64,000 bases of DNA from an uncultured delta proteobacterium (GTDB lineage: Bacteria; Desulfobacterota; Binatia; Binatales; Binataceae): the NCBI GenBank assembly GCA_963765675.1, contig CAVXXK010000006.1, positions 1-64,000 of the forward strand. The letters are read 5' to 3'. Position numbers and translations under genes: made by a program. The notes under the pieces were generated by a model. That model worked only from the letters and a program-made list of their open reading frames with translations, was not told where the DNA came from and ran no database searches. Each line of letters begins with the position of its first letter. Position 1 is the stretch's first letter. Shown here in pieces: positions 38,829-50,227 of the stretch.

Positions 38829-40115
38829 ATGGAAACTAATTCGAGCCTGTGGGCGCGGCTGCAATCCGCGGTGCCGAGAGGAGTCAGCGTGTCGTTGCCG
38901 ATCTTTGCGGCCTCGGCCGAAAACGCGGAGATCCGCGACGTCGAAGGGCGGCGCTATATCGATTTCGCCGGAGGAATCGCGGTGCTGGGAATCGGGCATC
39001 GCCATCCGCGCGTCATCGCGGCCGCGCAGGCGCAGCTCGCCACGCTAACTCATGCCTGTTTTCAGGTCACGCCGTATGAATCCTACGTGCGGCTGGCGGA
39101 GCGGCTGAACGAGCTTGCTCCCGGAGCGGAGCCGAAAAAAACCATCTTCCTGACCACCGGGGCCGAAGCGATCGAGAACGCGGTGAAAATTGCGCGCTAC
39201 GCGACGGGACGCAGCGGTGTGATCGCCTTCGAGGGTGCGTTCCACGGGCGCACGCTGATGGCGCTGGGACTGACCGGCAAGGTGAATCCGTACAAGGTCG
39301 GGTTCGGACCATTTCCGGCGGACATTTTTCACGCGCCATTTCCCGACGAGTTTCATGGCGGCAGCATCGCGGCGTCGATGAGCGCGATCGAAGGGATATT
39401 TCATTCCTCGCTCGAGCCCGCGCGCACCGCCGCGATTATCATCGAGCCGGTCCAGGGCGAGGGCGGCTTCAACGTGGCGCCGGCGGAGTTTCTGCGCGAG
39501 CTGCGCGCGCTGTGCGATCGCCACGGGATCCTGCTTATCGCCGACGAGGTGCAGACCGGCTTCGGACGCACCGGGCGGATGTTCGCGATCGAGCACGCGG
39601 GCGTAGTGCCGGATCTGATCGCGATGGCGAAGAGTCTCGGCGGCGGCTTTCCGATCTCCGCCGTGACGGGAGCGGCGAAGTTGATGGATAGCGTCGCGCC
39701 CGGCGGCCTCGGCGGAACCTACGCCGGAAATCCGGTCGCATGCGCGGCGGCGCTGGCGGTGCTCGACGTGATGCGCGATGAGGATATCCTCGCGCGGGCG
39801 GCGAAGCTGGGCGCGATGGTTCGCGCGCGGCTGCATAAGATGCAGCACGACGCGCGCTTCGGATGTATCGGCGATGTGCGCGGGCTGGGCGCGATGCTGG
39901 CGTTGGAGCTGGTGAAGGATCGCGCGACCCGCGAGCCTGCGTCCGAGATGACGCGCCGGCTGGTGGTGCGCGCGGCGGAGCGCGGACTGGTGATCCTGTC
40001 GTGCGGAACTCACGCGAACGTGATCCGGATTCTCGCGCCGCTGACCGCGCCGCTCGAACAGGTGGACGAAGGCATGAGCATCCTGGAAGCCTCGCTGGCA
40101 GACGTACTCGGGTGA
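38829..40115 (+). CDS. gabT: 4-aminobutyrate aminotransferase
   Basis: IDFAGGI, TGAEAIENAVK, FHGRT, EPVQGEGGF, DEVQTGFGRTG, AKSLGGG and GGTYAGNP. Confidence 0.92.
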   Translation: METNSSLWARLQSAVPRGVSVSLPIFAASAENAEIRDVEGRRYIDFAGGIAVLGIGHRHPRVIAAAQAQLATLTHACFQVTPYESYVRLAERLNELAPGAEPKKTIFLTTGAEAIENAVKIARYATGRSGVIAFEGAFHGRTLMALGLTGKVNPYKVGFGPFPADIFHAPFPDEFHGGSIAASMSAIEGIFHSSLEPARTAAIIIEPVQGEGGFNVAPAEFLRELRALCDRHGILLIADEVQTGFGRTGRMFAIEHAGVVPDLIAMAKSLGGGFPISAVTGAAKLMDSVAPGGLGGTYAGNPVACAAALAVLDVMRDEDILARAAKLGAMVRARLHKMQHDARFGCIGDVRGLGAMLALELVKDRATREPASEMTRRLVVRAAERGLVILSCGTHANVIRILAPLTAPLEQVDEGMSILEASLADVLG

Positions 40116-40140
40116 CCGGTTCCTCGGCCGCTGACTGGTT

Positions 40141-40306
40141 CCTCGCCCTGAAAGGGAGAGGTTAGGTGAGGGTCATTATCCAGCGCGGCGCGCGGCGCCG
40201 CGCGATTATAGAGAAAGCTTTCCGCAAGGTCGCCCTCACCCGCGCGTCACGACGCTTGCGAAAAACGCAAGCCTCGCGCCGCTTGCCCTCTCCCGGGGGG
40301 AGAGGG
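40141..40306. repeat. CCCTCACCC...CCCTCTCCC/GGGAGAGGG palindromic repeat pair
   Basis: Shares GCGTCACGA.GCTTGCGAAAAA.GCAAGC with 35151-35240. Confidence 0.65.
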
Positions 40307-40498
40307 AATTTCAGAGATGCAGCGGCAACCGCGGGGTATCAGCAGCGTGGATATTTTCGGATTGGCGGCGGCCGCTCTCATGTTGATACTACGTGATCGA
40401 CAACTTGATACGTCGATCGGCGGATGTTAGCGTCGCGGGCGGTTGGGAGAGAGGGAGCGCGAGAAATCGCGCGCGGTGGACGCACCCGGATTGAACGC

Positions 40499-41401
40499 AT
40501 GACTGAGCATCGACGGCTCCCTGATTTTATTGCGGTCGGCCCTCAGCGCACCGGAACAACCTGGCTGCACAAAGTGCTTACGGGGCAGGCCGGTTTGCCG
40601 TCCACCAAGGAAACCGATTTCTTCCTTAAAAATTTCGACCGCGGCCTCGATTGGTATCTCGCATTCTTCGACGAATGCCCGAGCGAGGCGCCGATGGGAG
40701 AAATCGATCCGAATTATTTCGGCGCACCGGCCGCGCGCGAACGAATTGCCGCGATGATCCCGCAGTGCAGGATCGTCGTCTCGCTGCGCGATCCGACCGA
40801 GCGCGCATGGTCGTCGTATCGAACGATGCGGCGCGACGCATGGACCCGGGCCGGCTTCGAGGAAACCGTCATGCGCAGCGAGATTATCCGCGAGTCGAGC
40901 CGCTACGCGTTCCATCTCGCCGCCTGGCAGCAGGATTTCGGCGTCGATCAGGTGCTGGTCTGCCTCTACGATGACCTGGAAGCCGATCCGCAGGCGTACC
41001 TGGATCGGATCTGCAAATTTATCGGCGCGCCGCCGGTCGAAGTGAGCGGCACTGCCGCCGCGTCCGAGCGCGTGAACACCGTGGCCGAGGCTCCGCGCAG
41101 CCGCAAGCTTGCGCAAAGCGCGCGCGACGCGCGCGATTGGCTCGCGATGCATCGGTGGAATCGCACGAGCCACGCGCTCGAGCGGCTCGGGATCTGGCGC
41201 TTCGCGTTCGCGGGCGGCGAGGAGTTTGGCGCGATCGATCCTGCCGCCGAAGCGCGCTTGCGCGAATACTTCCTGCCCGAGGTGGAAGAGCTCGAGGCAC
41301 TGATTGGCCGCGACCTCGACGCATGGAAGCGCCCGCGCCCGGCCGGGACCGTGGATGCATCCGCGCCGAATCGCGCGCGCGGCGCGAGAGCGCATCCGTG
41401 A
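40499..41401 (+). CDS. PAPS-dependent sulfotransferase 1
   Basis: LPDFIAVGPQRTGTTWL, KETDFF and LRDPTERAWS. Confidence 0.9.
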   Translation: MTEHRRLPDFIAVGPQRTGTTWLHKVLTGQAGLPSTKETDFFLKNFDRGLDWYLAFFDECPSEAPMGEIDPNYFGAPAARERIAAMIPQCRIVVSLRDPTERAWSSYRTMRRDAWTRAGFEETVMRSEIIRESSRYAFHLAAWQQDFGVDQVLVCLYDDLEADPQAYLDRICKFIGAPPVEVSGTAAASERVNTVAEAPRSRKLAQSARDARDWLAMHRWNRTSHALERLGIWRFAFAGGEEFGAIDPAAEARLREYFLPEVEELEALIGRDLDAWKRPRPAGTVDASAPNRARGARAHP

Positions 41402-42360
41402 TGCCGCGCGTATCGGTAATCATCTCGGCGTACAACGCGGCTGACACGATAGGGCAGGCGCTCGAGAGCGCGTTCGCGCAGAGCTTCAAAGACTACGAAG
41501 TTATACTGATCGATGACGGATCGACTGACGCGCTCGACGTTGCGATAGAGCCGTATCGCGATCGCGTTAATCTCATCCGCCAGAGAAACCGCGGTATCTC
41601 TGCCGCCAAGAATGCCGGTGCCGCCGCCGCGTCGGGCGACTACCTGGCATTCCTCGACGCCGACGACATCTGGATGCCCGAGCGGCTGGCGAGGACGGTC
41701 GCGGTGCTCGAAGCGGACCCGCGATGCGTGCTGGTTTCGGCTGGCGCGATGACAATCGACAAGGACGGAACTCCCAGCGTGGAGTACTCGATCGAACGCG
41801 CCGGAAGCGTATCGCCGGGGCTTACCGATATCGTTTCGGGAAAGACGGAAATCAAGGTGAGCTCGATTCTGATCCGCCGCGGAGTTTTCGAACGCGTCGG
41901 CGGTTTCGATGAGGCCGCGTTCGGACGCCTGCGCGGCGGCGAAGGATCGTATCTCTACTCGCTTGCGACCGAGCACGGCACGATCCGGATTGTGCCCGAG
42001 GCGTTGGTGAAATATCGCGCGGAGCTGACGCGCAATCGGATGTGGAAATACGAGCATGGCCGCCGCATCCTGATTCGCAAATGGCGCAAGCGCTATGGCG
42101 GAAAAATCAAGTCCGCGCTCAGGATTCAAATCCGGGCGTGGGTACGGGCGTGGAACCAGATGGGAATCACGGCGACCGAACGCGGCAATTTGAAGGCCGC
42201 CCGGGCCGCATTTCGCGCCGCGCTGCGGCTTGAACCGTGGAACTGGCGCGTGCGGGCGCGGATGATGCGGACCTATCTTCCGCCGCGGATGGTGGCGCGG
42301 ATGGCCGATCGGCGTGCCGAGCGCAAACGGGTCTCTCGCGCGTCGCGAGCGAAAACATGA
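41401..42360 (+). CDS. Glycosyltransferase family 2
   Basis: VSVIISAYN, IDDGSTD and AFLDADD. Confidence 0.92.
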   Translation: MPRVSVIISAYNAADTIGQALESAFAQSFKDYEVILIDDGSTDALDVAIEPYRDRVNLIRQRNRGISAAKNAGAAAASGDYLAFLDADDIWMPERLARTVAVLEADPRCVLVSAGAMTIDKDGTPSVEYSIERAGSVSPGLTDIVSGKTEIKVSSILIRRGVFERVGGFDEAAFGRLRGGEGSYLYSLATEHGTIRIVPEALVKYRAELTRNRMWKYEHGRRILIRKWRKRYGGKIKSALRIQIRAWVRAWNQMGITATERGNLKAARAAFRAALRLEPWNWRVRARMMRTYLPPRMVARMADRRAERKRVSRASRAKT

Positions 42361-43238
42361 AACCGCGCGAAGCGGAAGAGCCCCGTGCGATGCGGCTGCC
42401 GGACTTTATCGCGGTCGGACCGGGACGAACCGCAACCACATGGCTGCATGAGAAGCTCAAGGGCCACGCCGACCTTCCGGCGGGAATCAAGGAAACCGAT
42501 TTTTTCACCACCAACTACGCCAAGGGAATCGATTGGTACGCGCGCCATTTCCGCTACGCCTCGGGCGCGCTGCCGGTCGGCGAAGTGAATCCGTATTTCG
42601 GATTTCCCGAGGCTGCGGAGCGTATTTACCGGCATATTCCGGGCTGCAAGATCATCTGCACGTTTCGCAATCCGGCCGAGCGAATCTATTCGTCGTACAA
42701 ACTCTGGCGGCATTACACGCAGACCAACCTGCCGATGGAGGAATTCCTGGTAAAGGTGCCGCAGATTATCGAGGTTACGCGCTACGCGAAGCATCTGCCC
42801 GACTGGCAATCGCGCTTTGGCGCCGAGCGAGTGCTGGTGCTACTGAACGATGACTTGCGCGCGGACCCGCAGGCGTTTCTCGACCGAGCGAGCGATTTTA
42901 TCGGGATCGCGCGGTATCCGGTGCCCAGCGCCGGTCCGGAAATGATCAATTCAATTGACGACCTGCCGCGCTATCCGCATATCGCGCGCCGCGCACGCCA
43001 TCTGATGGATTGGCTTGAAGAACGGCAAGCGTACGCGGTCATCAACGGTCTCGAAAGCGCGGGGGTGTGGCGATGGTGCTTTGGCGGTGGCGCGAAGTTC
43101 GGCCCGATCGATCCGAAGCTCGAAGCGCAACTGCACGAACTGCTTCTGCCCGATATCGAGGCGCTGGAAAAAATGCTGGGCCGCGATCTCACTGCGTGGA
43201 AGGGCCGAACTGCCGAGCGGCGCGATCGGTTAACCTGA
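42357..43238 (+). CDS. PAPS-dependent sulfotransferase 2
   Basis: LPDFIAVGPGRTATTWL, KETDFF and FRNPAERIYS. Confidence 0.9.
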   Translation: MKPREAEEPRAMRLPDFIAVGPGRTATTWLHEKLKGHADLPAGIKETDFFTTNYAKGIDWYARHFRYASGALPVGEVNPYFGFPEAAERIYRHIPGCKIICTFRNPAERIYSSYKLWRHYTQTNLPMEEFLVKVPQIIEVTRYAKHLPDWQSRFGAERVLVLLNDDLRADPQAFLDRASDFIGIARYPVPSAGPEMINSIDDLPRYPHIARRARHLMDWLEERQAYAVINGLESAGVWRWCFGGGAKFGPIDPKLEAQLHELLLPDIEALEKMLGRDLTAWKGRTAERRDRLT

Positions 43239-43251
43239 GGTCGGCGGACCG

Positions 43252-44160
43252 ATGCCACGAGTCTCGGTAATAATTCCGGTCTTCAACGGCGCCGCGACGA
43301 TCGGCAGAGTTATCGAGTGCGTGCTCGCGCAGAGCGCCGGTGCGGACGAGATCATCTGCGTCGATGACGGCTCGACCGACGGCTCGGCCGACGTCGCGCG
43401 CGTATACGGCGATCGGGTCCGCGTGGTTACGCAGCGCAATGCCGGCCAGGCGACTGCGCGCAACGCGGGGGCGCGCGCTTCGAGCGGCGAATTTATAGTC
43501 TTTCTCGATGCCGACGACCTCTTGCGGCCCGCGATGTTCGAGCGATGTCTGGACGCGCTGCGCGCAAACCCGCAATGCGTGCTTGTATACACCAATGCCG
43601 AAATTATCGACGAGAGCGGGAAGATCGTCCGCGAATCGATGGTCGCGCCGGATCGCGCGCGGCCGCCCTCGATGGAGGATCTGCTCGGGCGCATCTGGCC
43701 GATCGTCCCGAGCACGGCGATGATGCGGCGGACGGCGTTTAAGGCGAGCGGCGGATTCGATCAGGCGCTGCGCGGTCCCGAGGACATCTTCTTCTGGCTG
43801 GTGCTGCGAGAAACGGGGCCGTTCTTCTATATCCCCGAAGTTCTGGTGGCGAAGACCGAGTACGGGCTGTTTCCCAAGGTGCTCGAACGCGACCCGGGCG
43901 CGCGAGCATTTGCGCGAGCGGTGCGAAATCGTTACGGCCTACGCGCCCGCGGACTGCTCGGCGACTTCCATCACATGAGAGCGCGGCTGCTCGAGCGCTG
44001 TGCCGTCGAGGCGATCGCCGCGGGCGAGCCGGCGATGGCAAGACAGTGCTATCTGCGCGCGCTGGCCTACGCGCCGGGGCGGATCAAGAACTACCGGCGA
44101 TTGCTGGCAACCCTTTTCTCGCGCGGACAGGGCGCGCCGGCCGCCGGCGCGAACCGGTGA
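43252..44160 (+). CDS. Glycosyltransferase family 2
   Basis: VSVIIPVFN, VDDGSTD and FLDADD. Confidence 0.92.
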   Translation: MPRVSVIIPVFNGAATIGRVIECVLAQSAGADEIICVDDGSTDGSADVARVYGDRVRVVTQRNAGQATARNAGARASSGEFIVFLDADDLLRPAMFERCLDALRANPQCVLVYTNAEIIDESGKIVRESMVAPDRARPPSMEDLLGRIWPIVPSTAMMRRTAFKASGGFDQALRGPEDIFFWLVLRETGPFFYIPEVLVAKTEYGLFPKVLERDPGARAFARAVRNRYGLRARGLLGDFHHMRARLLERCAVEAIAAGEPAMARQCYLRALAYAPGRIKNYRRLLATLFSRGQGAPAAGANR

Positions 44161-44168
44161 GAGCCGCG

Positions 44169-45101
44169 ATGGGTGCGCGGGTTACGGTTATCGTGCCGGT
44201 TTACAACGGCGCCGCGACGATCGGGTCCGCGCTCGACAGTATTCTTGCGCAATCGTTTACGGATTTTGAGATCGTCGCGGTTGATGACGGCTCGACCGAC
44301 GACTCGAGGTCGGTGCTGGAACGCTATCAGCCGCGGGTGCGCGTGTTGACGCAGCGCAACCACGGACCGTCGGCGGCGCGCAACTTTGGTGTCGCCAACT
44401 CGTCGGGCGAGTATCTGGGCTTCCTCGACGCCGACGATCTCTGGCGCCCCGCATTTCTCGAACGCACGGTCGCGGCGCTGGATAGGGACGCGGCCAGCGT
44501 GCTCGCCTATACCGATCTCGAACTCGCCGACAGTACAGGTAGACTGATGGGCACGCGGCTGATCGGAGCGCGCGGCGTTCCCAGTCTGAATGACATGCTC
44601 GAGCGGCTGTGGCCGATTCTGCCGAGCTCGGTTTTGATGCGGCGCGACGCATTCGAGCGCGCGGGCGGATTTCCCGAAGCATTGACCAGTTTCGAGGACG
44701 TTTATTTCTGGCTGCTCGCGCGCGAGCAGGGCGGCTTCAGCTATATAGATGAGCCGCTGGCAGTATGGCGCTTCGCGCTGTTTCCGGCGCCGCTCAAACC
44801 GGCGGGCGGACAGGAAGCGGCGGGGCGGATCTTCGACGAGATGCTGCAGCGGCGCTACGGCGTGCGCGGACTTGCGCATGTGGCTGCTCGCGAGCGCGCG
44901 CCGCGCAGTATCCTCGGCTATATCGGGTTGCACGCGCTCGCGCATGGCGATCAGCAGACCGCGCGGCGCGCGTTCGGTGCGGCGCTGCGGACCGATCCGT
45001 GGCGGCTGAAAAATTATTTTCGCTATGCGCGTACCTATCTGCCCGGTCCCGTCGCGCGTGCTCTGTCGGGCGGCAGGACGAACGGTTTCGAGCGGAAATA
45101 G
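44169..45101 (+). CDS. Glycosyltransferase family 2
   Basis: VTVIVPVYN, VDDGSTD, FLDADD and FED. Confidence 0.92.
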   Translation: MGARVTVIVPVYNGAATIGSALDSILAQSFTDFEIVAVDDGSTDDSRSVLERYQPRVRVLTQRNHGPSAARNFGVANSSGEYLGFLDADDLWRPAFLERTVAALDRDAASVLAYTDLELADSTGRLMGTRLIGARGVPSLNDMLERLWPILPSSVLMRRDAFERAGGFPEALTSFEDVYFWLLAREQGGFSYIDEPLAVWRFALFPAPLKPAGGQEAAGRIFDEMLQRRYGVRGLAHVAARERAPRSILGYIGLHALAHGDQQTARRAFGAALRTDPWRLKNYFRYARTYLPGPVARALSGGRTNGFERK

Positions 45102-45170
45102 CCGCTTGTTAGGCTGGGTGCGAGTTGTTAGCTTCGCGCCCGATGTCCATAGAACGGGAACGCGCTACTA

Positions 45171-46052
45171 GTGACGGCATCGTCTGAACTGCGGCGACTG
45201 CCGGATTTTATCGGCGTCGGTCCGCCGCGCACTGCGACCACCTGGCTTTACGAGGTATTGCAGGGGCGGGTTGGATTTTCAGATTTCCGCAAGGAAACCG
45301 ATTTTTTCACGCGTTTTTACGGCCGCGGCCTCGACTGGTATCTGCAATATTTCGCCGGATGCCCGCGCGGCCTGCCGATGGGCGAGATGTCGCCGCTGTA
45401 CTTCGCGTCCGACGCCGCGCGGGAGCGGATCCGTAGCGCTATCCCGCGCTGCAAGATCATTTGCACCTTTCGCGATCCGGTCGATCGCGCGTGGTCGCAT
45501 TGGCGGCTGATCGTGCGCAACATGTGGACCCGGCTCGAGTTCGAGCAGGCGGCGGCGAGCCACCGCGACATCCGCGAAGCGAGCCGCTATGGCCATTACA
45601 CGGCCGAATGGATCGCGAGCTTCGGCCGCGACAACGTATTGCTGATGTTCTATGAGGATCTCGAGCGCGATCCACAAGGATTCGTCGATCAGTTCTGCGA
45701 CTTTGTCGGCGCACCGCGATTTGCGCTGAGCGATTCTCCGGCCGCGCAAGAGCGGGTGCATTCGGTGCCCTCGCGCCCGCGCCATCCGAAAGTCGCGCGC
45801 GCGGTCCGCGACATCAGGTCATGGCTGAACGACCGCCGGATGCATCGCGCGGCCAGGCTCATCCGGGACAGCCCCCTGTGGCGCTACTCCTTCGAGGGCG
45901 GAGAGCCTTTCGCGCCGCCATCGCCGGAAGTTGACGCGCGCGTGCGAGCGGCGCTGCGGCCGGAGGTCGAGATGCTCGAGCAGTTAAGTGGGCGCGATCT
46001 CTCCGCGTGGAAGATCGGAGGCGCGCGTGTCCAAAAACAAAACGCCGGCTAG
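45171..46052 (+). CDS. PAPS-dependent sulfotransferase 3
   Basis: LPDFIGVGPPRTATTWL, KETDFF and FRDPVDRAWS. Confidence 0.9.
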   Translation: MTASSELRRLPDFIGVGPPRTATTWLYEVLQGRVGFSDFRKETDFFTRFYGRGLDWYLQYFAGCPRGLPMGEMSPLYFASDAARERIRSAIPRCKIICTFRDPVDRAWSHWRLIVRNMWTRLEFEQAAASHRDIREASRYGHYTAEWIASFGRDNVLLMFYEDLERDPQGFVDQFCDFVGAPRFALSDSPAAQERVHSVPSRPRHPKVARAVRDIRSWLNDRRMHRAARLIRDSPLWRYSFEGGEPFAPPSPEVDARVRAALRPEVEMLEQLSGRDLSAWKIGGARVQKQNAG

Positions 46053-46098
46053 ATACCTAATGCCGGCGTGTGAATATGAAATCCAAGCGCGGTGCGGT

Positions 46099-47292
<1,194 letters not shown>

Positions 47293-47623
47293 CGTATGTA
47301 CCCCCCGCGGTGTCCCCGCCGCGAGTCTCTACTTTCTGTCGCAAAGACAGAGCTACATGTTGTAGGAAAATCATATATGCGAGGCGCAACGTTCCTGTCA
47401 AGTGCGATGGCAAAATTTTATGGACTCGTTTGTGTCTTGATGAGTTGTACTTGCTGCTGCCATCGCTATCGTAAGCGCCCAAAAAACGCTTGAGGCGCGT
47501 CAAGCCACGACAAGCCGCGAAGCCCGTGGAATTTTTACGCGCCCGGTGGGGCAGGGCGCGATGGTGAAGGCGACGCGGACTTCCAATGCGTCCGAATCCC
47601 TGTAAACATCGCAATTCCACGGC

Positions 47624-47697
47624 GAGCCGTTAGCTCAGGCAGGTAGAGCATCTGACTTTTAATCAGAGGGTCCCGGGTTCGAGTCCCGGACGGCTCA
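47624..47697 (+). tRNA. tRNA-Lys (TTT), CCA not encoded
   Basis: GAGCCGTTAGCTCAG...TCTGA-CTTTTAA-TCAGA...GGTTCGAGTCC...ACGGCTCA. Confidence 0.95.
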
Positions 47698-47933
47698 CTT
47701 AAAAACCCTTTTAGGTTCAAAACTTTTTCTATGGAATTGTCGCCGTTGGTTGAGCGAGCGCGGCTTGAAATTTGAGGCGTTTCTGTCCGAGGAAGTCTGT
47801 ATCGCCTACGGACCTGGTCTACGGGGTGGGGCGAGTAGACCACAGATCAGCCCAAACTCAGGATTCGGCATGTATATGAGGCCGGCGGCGAGGCGTTCTT
47901 TGGCCTGTGGCCGCCGGCCGTGTGATCCGTGTT

Positions 47934-48080
47934 TTATAGACGGCCGGTCAGGAGCAATATGATCAGAATAATGATCACGATCCCGCCGATTCCGAAGCCG
48001 CCGTATGGTCCATAAGCGTAGTAACCGCCACCACCGCCGAAAATCAGAATCAAGATCAGTATTAGTAGTAAGGGTGACAT
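47934..48080 (-). CDS. DUF3309-like 48-aa membrane protein (absent from ORF track)
   Basis: MSPLLLILILILIFGGGGGYYAYGPYGGFGIGGIVIIILIILLLTGRL*; GGAGGAG RBS. Confidence 0.85.
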   Translation of the reverse strand: MSPLLLILILILIFGGGGGYYAYGPYGGFGIGGIVIIILIILLLTGRL

Positions 48081-48174
48081 AAGCTCCTCCTGCGAAACTC
48101 GACAACTTCTAGGGTTTATCTACCATCGGACGCGCTAGCATCCGTTTTAACAAGTGGCTAATCGCAAGCTCATC

Positions 48175-50106
48175 TCAGTTGCTCTCCGCCTCGGTTCGTT
48201 CTTGAGTTACACTCGCCGGGGCTGGCTCCTTGGTCTCGGCGGCCGGCTCCTCAGCCGGTGCGGTCTTCATAGTGAAACCCGGCAGCCCCTTTGAAGGCAC
48301 GCCGACGCGTGATCTCGCGCGCTGCAACGCGTAGCGCCTGACGGTGCGGCGCGCCTGTTCCAGCGTTGCGCTGACTTCGAAGCATCCTGCGGCGAGAAGC
48401 TCTGCGATATGGCCATTGGCGGCGCCGCCGCCGGCCAGGATTATCTGGTTGGGCAGCGCGGACTTGATCGACCGGACCAGGTCGAGCGTTGCCGGGATGC
48501 ACTCCGTGCAGGTGCATGAAATACAAATGATATTGGGAAAAAAGCGCTTGGCGAATTCCTCGATCTCGGCGGCGCTCTTTCCGTCGCCCAGAAAAGTCGC
48601 GGCAACCCCGTCCTGGCGCAGGAGCTCCAAAAGAATCTTCAACCCCAACGTATGAAGCTCGCCGGGAGCGCATACGCCCACCACCCGGAGCGGCGGAATC
48701 AGAAGCGGGCGATTGAATCGGCTGCCGAGCTCTCCCACCAGGCCTTCGGTGGTATCGACAATGAATTTCTGATTCTCGGGGCTGATATGATCGTCGGAAC
48801 GCTCCTGCTCCATCAGGGCCAGTGCTGGAAGGATTACGTCGTTAAGAGTGGGTTCGAGGCCGTTTTCGTCGCAATATTCCACCACCAGGGCGCGCGCTCC
48901 GTCGCGATCGATCTCGAGGAGCTTGCGGTAGTAGTCGTGATAGTCCTCGAGCTTCCGGTCCGCGCCGAGCAGGACGGTCAGAAAACTCAGTGCGGGAATA
49001 TAGTCGCCCGCCACCTTCAGGCAGGAGGTCAGAGGTGTTGCCAGGAGCAGACCCGGCAGCCCCCACAGCCACGCCCAGAACATCGCCGAGACCAGCAACG
49101 CCAACGGAGAGAGGCCAATTCCACGTCCGATCAGAAAAGGCTCGACGAACTGCGACGCCACCTGGTCGAGAATCACGAACGCCGCAAATACTTCGAGGCA
49201 CTGGGACCATCCTGGAAAAACGGCGAACGCGACCACGGTCGGCAATACCGCGGAAGTCAACGCGCCGACGTAAGGGATAAACCGCAGCAGAAAGGCCAGC
49301 GCCCCCCAGAAGGCAGGATTAGGCAGTCCGAGCAGCCACATCACGATTCCGATCGAGACGCCGTATCCGAAATTAACCAGTGAGAAGAGCAGCAGGTACT
49401 GAGAAACGGTGCTGCCTGCAGTCGCTATCGCCTCCGCGGCGAGGGTGACGCGAATCCTGGCGGTAAGGCGTACGAGACGATCGCGCACGTCTTCGCGCCC
49501 ATAGAGCAGAAAAAAGAACAAGACGATTACGAGCAGGACTTGGGCGAGTCCGGACAGCAACGGAAGGATCGGCTTCAGCACCTGCTCGGCGGCCGACGAC
49601 TCAGCGGGTGCCTGAACCACGGTTTGGGTTTTCTTATGTTCCGGCTTCGCCTGCTGAAGCCGCCGCTCGACGTTCTTTACGCCGTACTCGATACTTGCCA
49701 GCCAGTCCGGCGTAGCTCCTTGAAGCGAATTGATCTTGGCCGCGATATTTTCCGAGTGGTCGGTTACGTTCACCGCAACCGCGGTGAGTTGGACCGCCAG
49801 AAAATAGGCCAATACCGCGATCGCGATTATCGCGGTAGCGACGACCAGGGCGGAGCTGGCGAATCTGCCGATAAAACGCTCGAGGCGAGTCGCGATCGGG
49901 CTGAAGATCACCGACAACACGCCCGCCATCGCAAGCGGCATCAGCACGTCTTTCGCAAAATAGAGGACCGCCGTGGCGATGATGATGCCGAGCAGGGGAG
50001 TTGCCGCTCCCGATGAGGACGCCGTCGCCGGCGAGGACGAAAAGGATTCACCCGCCTCGCCGGACGGGGGCGGGAGCGGCGGGGTGGTTTCGTCCATCGG
50101 TGGCAT
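48175..50106 (-). CDS. AI-2E family transporter with C-terminal cobalamin-binding-like domain
   Basis: LRFIPYVG, VEPFLIG..GLSP, WGLPGLLLATPLT; C-terminal PGELHTLG..FLG..ILAGG. Confidence 0.85.
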   Translation of the reverse strand: MPPMDETTPPLPPPSGEAGESFSSSPATASSSGAATPLLGIIIATAVLYFAKDVLMPLAMAGVLSVIFSPIATRLERFIGRFASSALVVATAIIAIAVLAYFLAVQLTAVAVNVTDHSENIAAKINSLQGATPDWLASIEYGVKNVERRLQQAKPEHKKTQTVVQAPAESSAAEQVLKPILPLLSGLAQVLLVIVLFFFLLYGREDVRDRLVRLTARIRVTLAAEAIATAGSTVSQYLLLFSLVNFGYGVSIGIVMWLLGLPNPAFWGALAFLLRFIPYVGALTSAVLPTVVAFAVFPGWSQCLEVFAAFVILDQVASQFVEPFLIGRGIGLSPLALLVSAMFWAWLWGLPGLLLATPLTSCLKVAGDYIPALSFLTVLLGADRKLEDYHDYYRKLLEIDRDGARALVVEYCDENGLEPTLNDVILPALALMEQERSDDHISPENQKFIVDTTEGLVGELGSRFNRPLLIPPLRVVGVCAPGELHTLGLKILLELLRQDGVAATFLGDGKSAAEIEEFAKRFFPNIICISCTCTECIPATLDLVRSIKSALPNQIILAGGGAANGHIAELLAAGCFEVSATLEQARRTVRRYALQRARSRVGVPSKGLPGFTMKTAPAEEPAAETKEPAPASVTQERTEAESN

Positions 50107-50190
50107 GCTGGTCAGCGAGTTTGGATACCCTCCATATGGTATCTCCGGTCAGCGGCGATTGTCTTAAAAAACTTCGCGAACAGGGTTGGC

Positions 50191-50220
50191 TTGACATTAT
50201 CCTATCCAGGGGGATAGGTT
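50191..50220 (+). promoter_or_regulatory. Promoter with CsoR/RcnR-type operator
   Basis: TTGACA followed by the G-tract palindrome CCTATCCAGGGGGATAGG (50201-50218). Confidence 0.7.
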
Positions 50221-50227
50221 GAGCGGC

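Noticed and set aside
47698-47930. Possible island inserted at tRNA-Lys (no CCA, AT-rich flank)
   Set aside because: No integrase or duplicated tRNA 3' end seen in the window, and non-encoded CCA is common.
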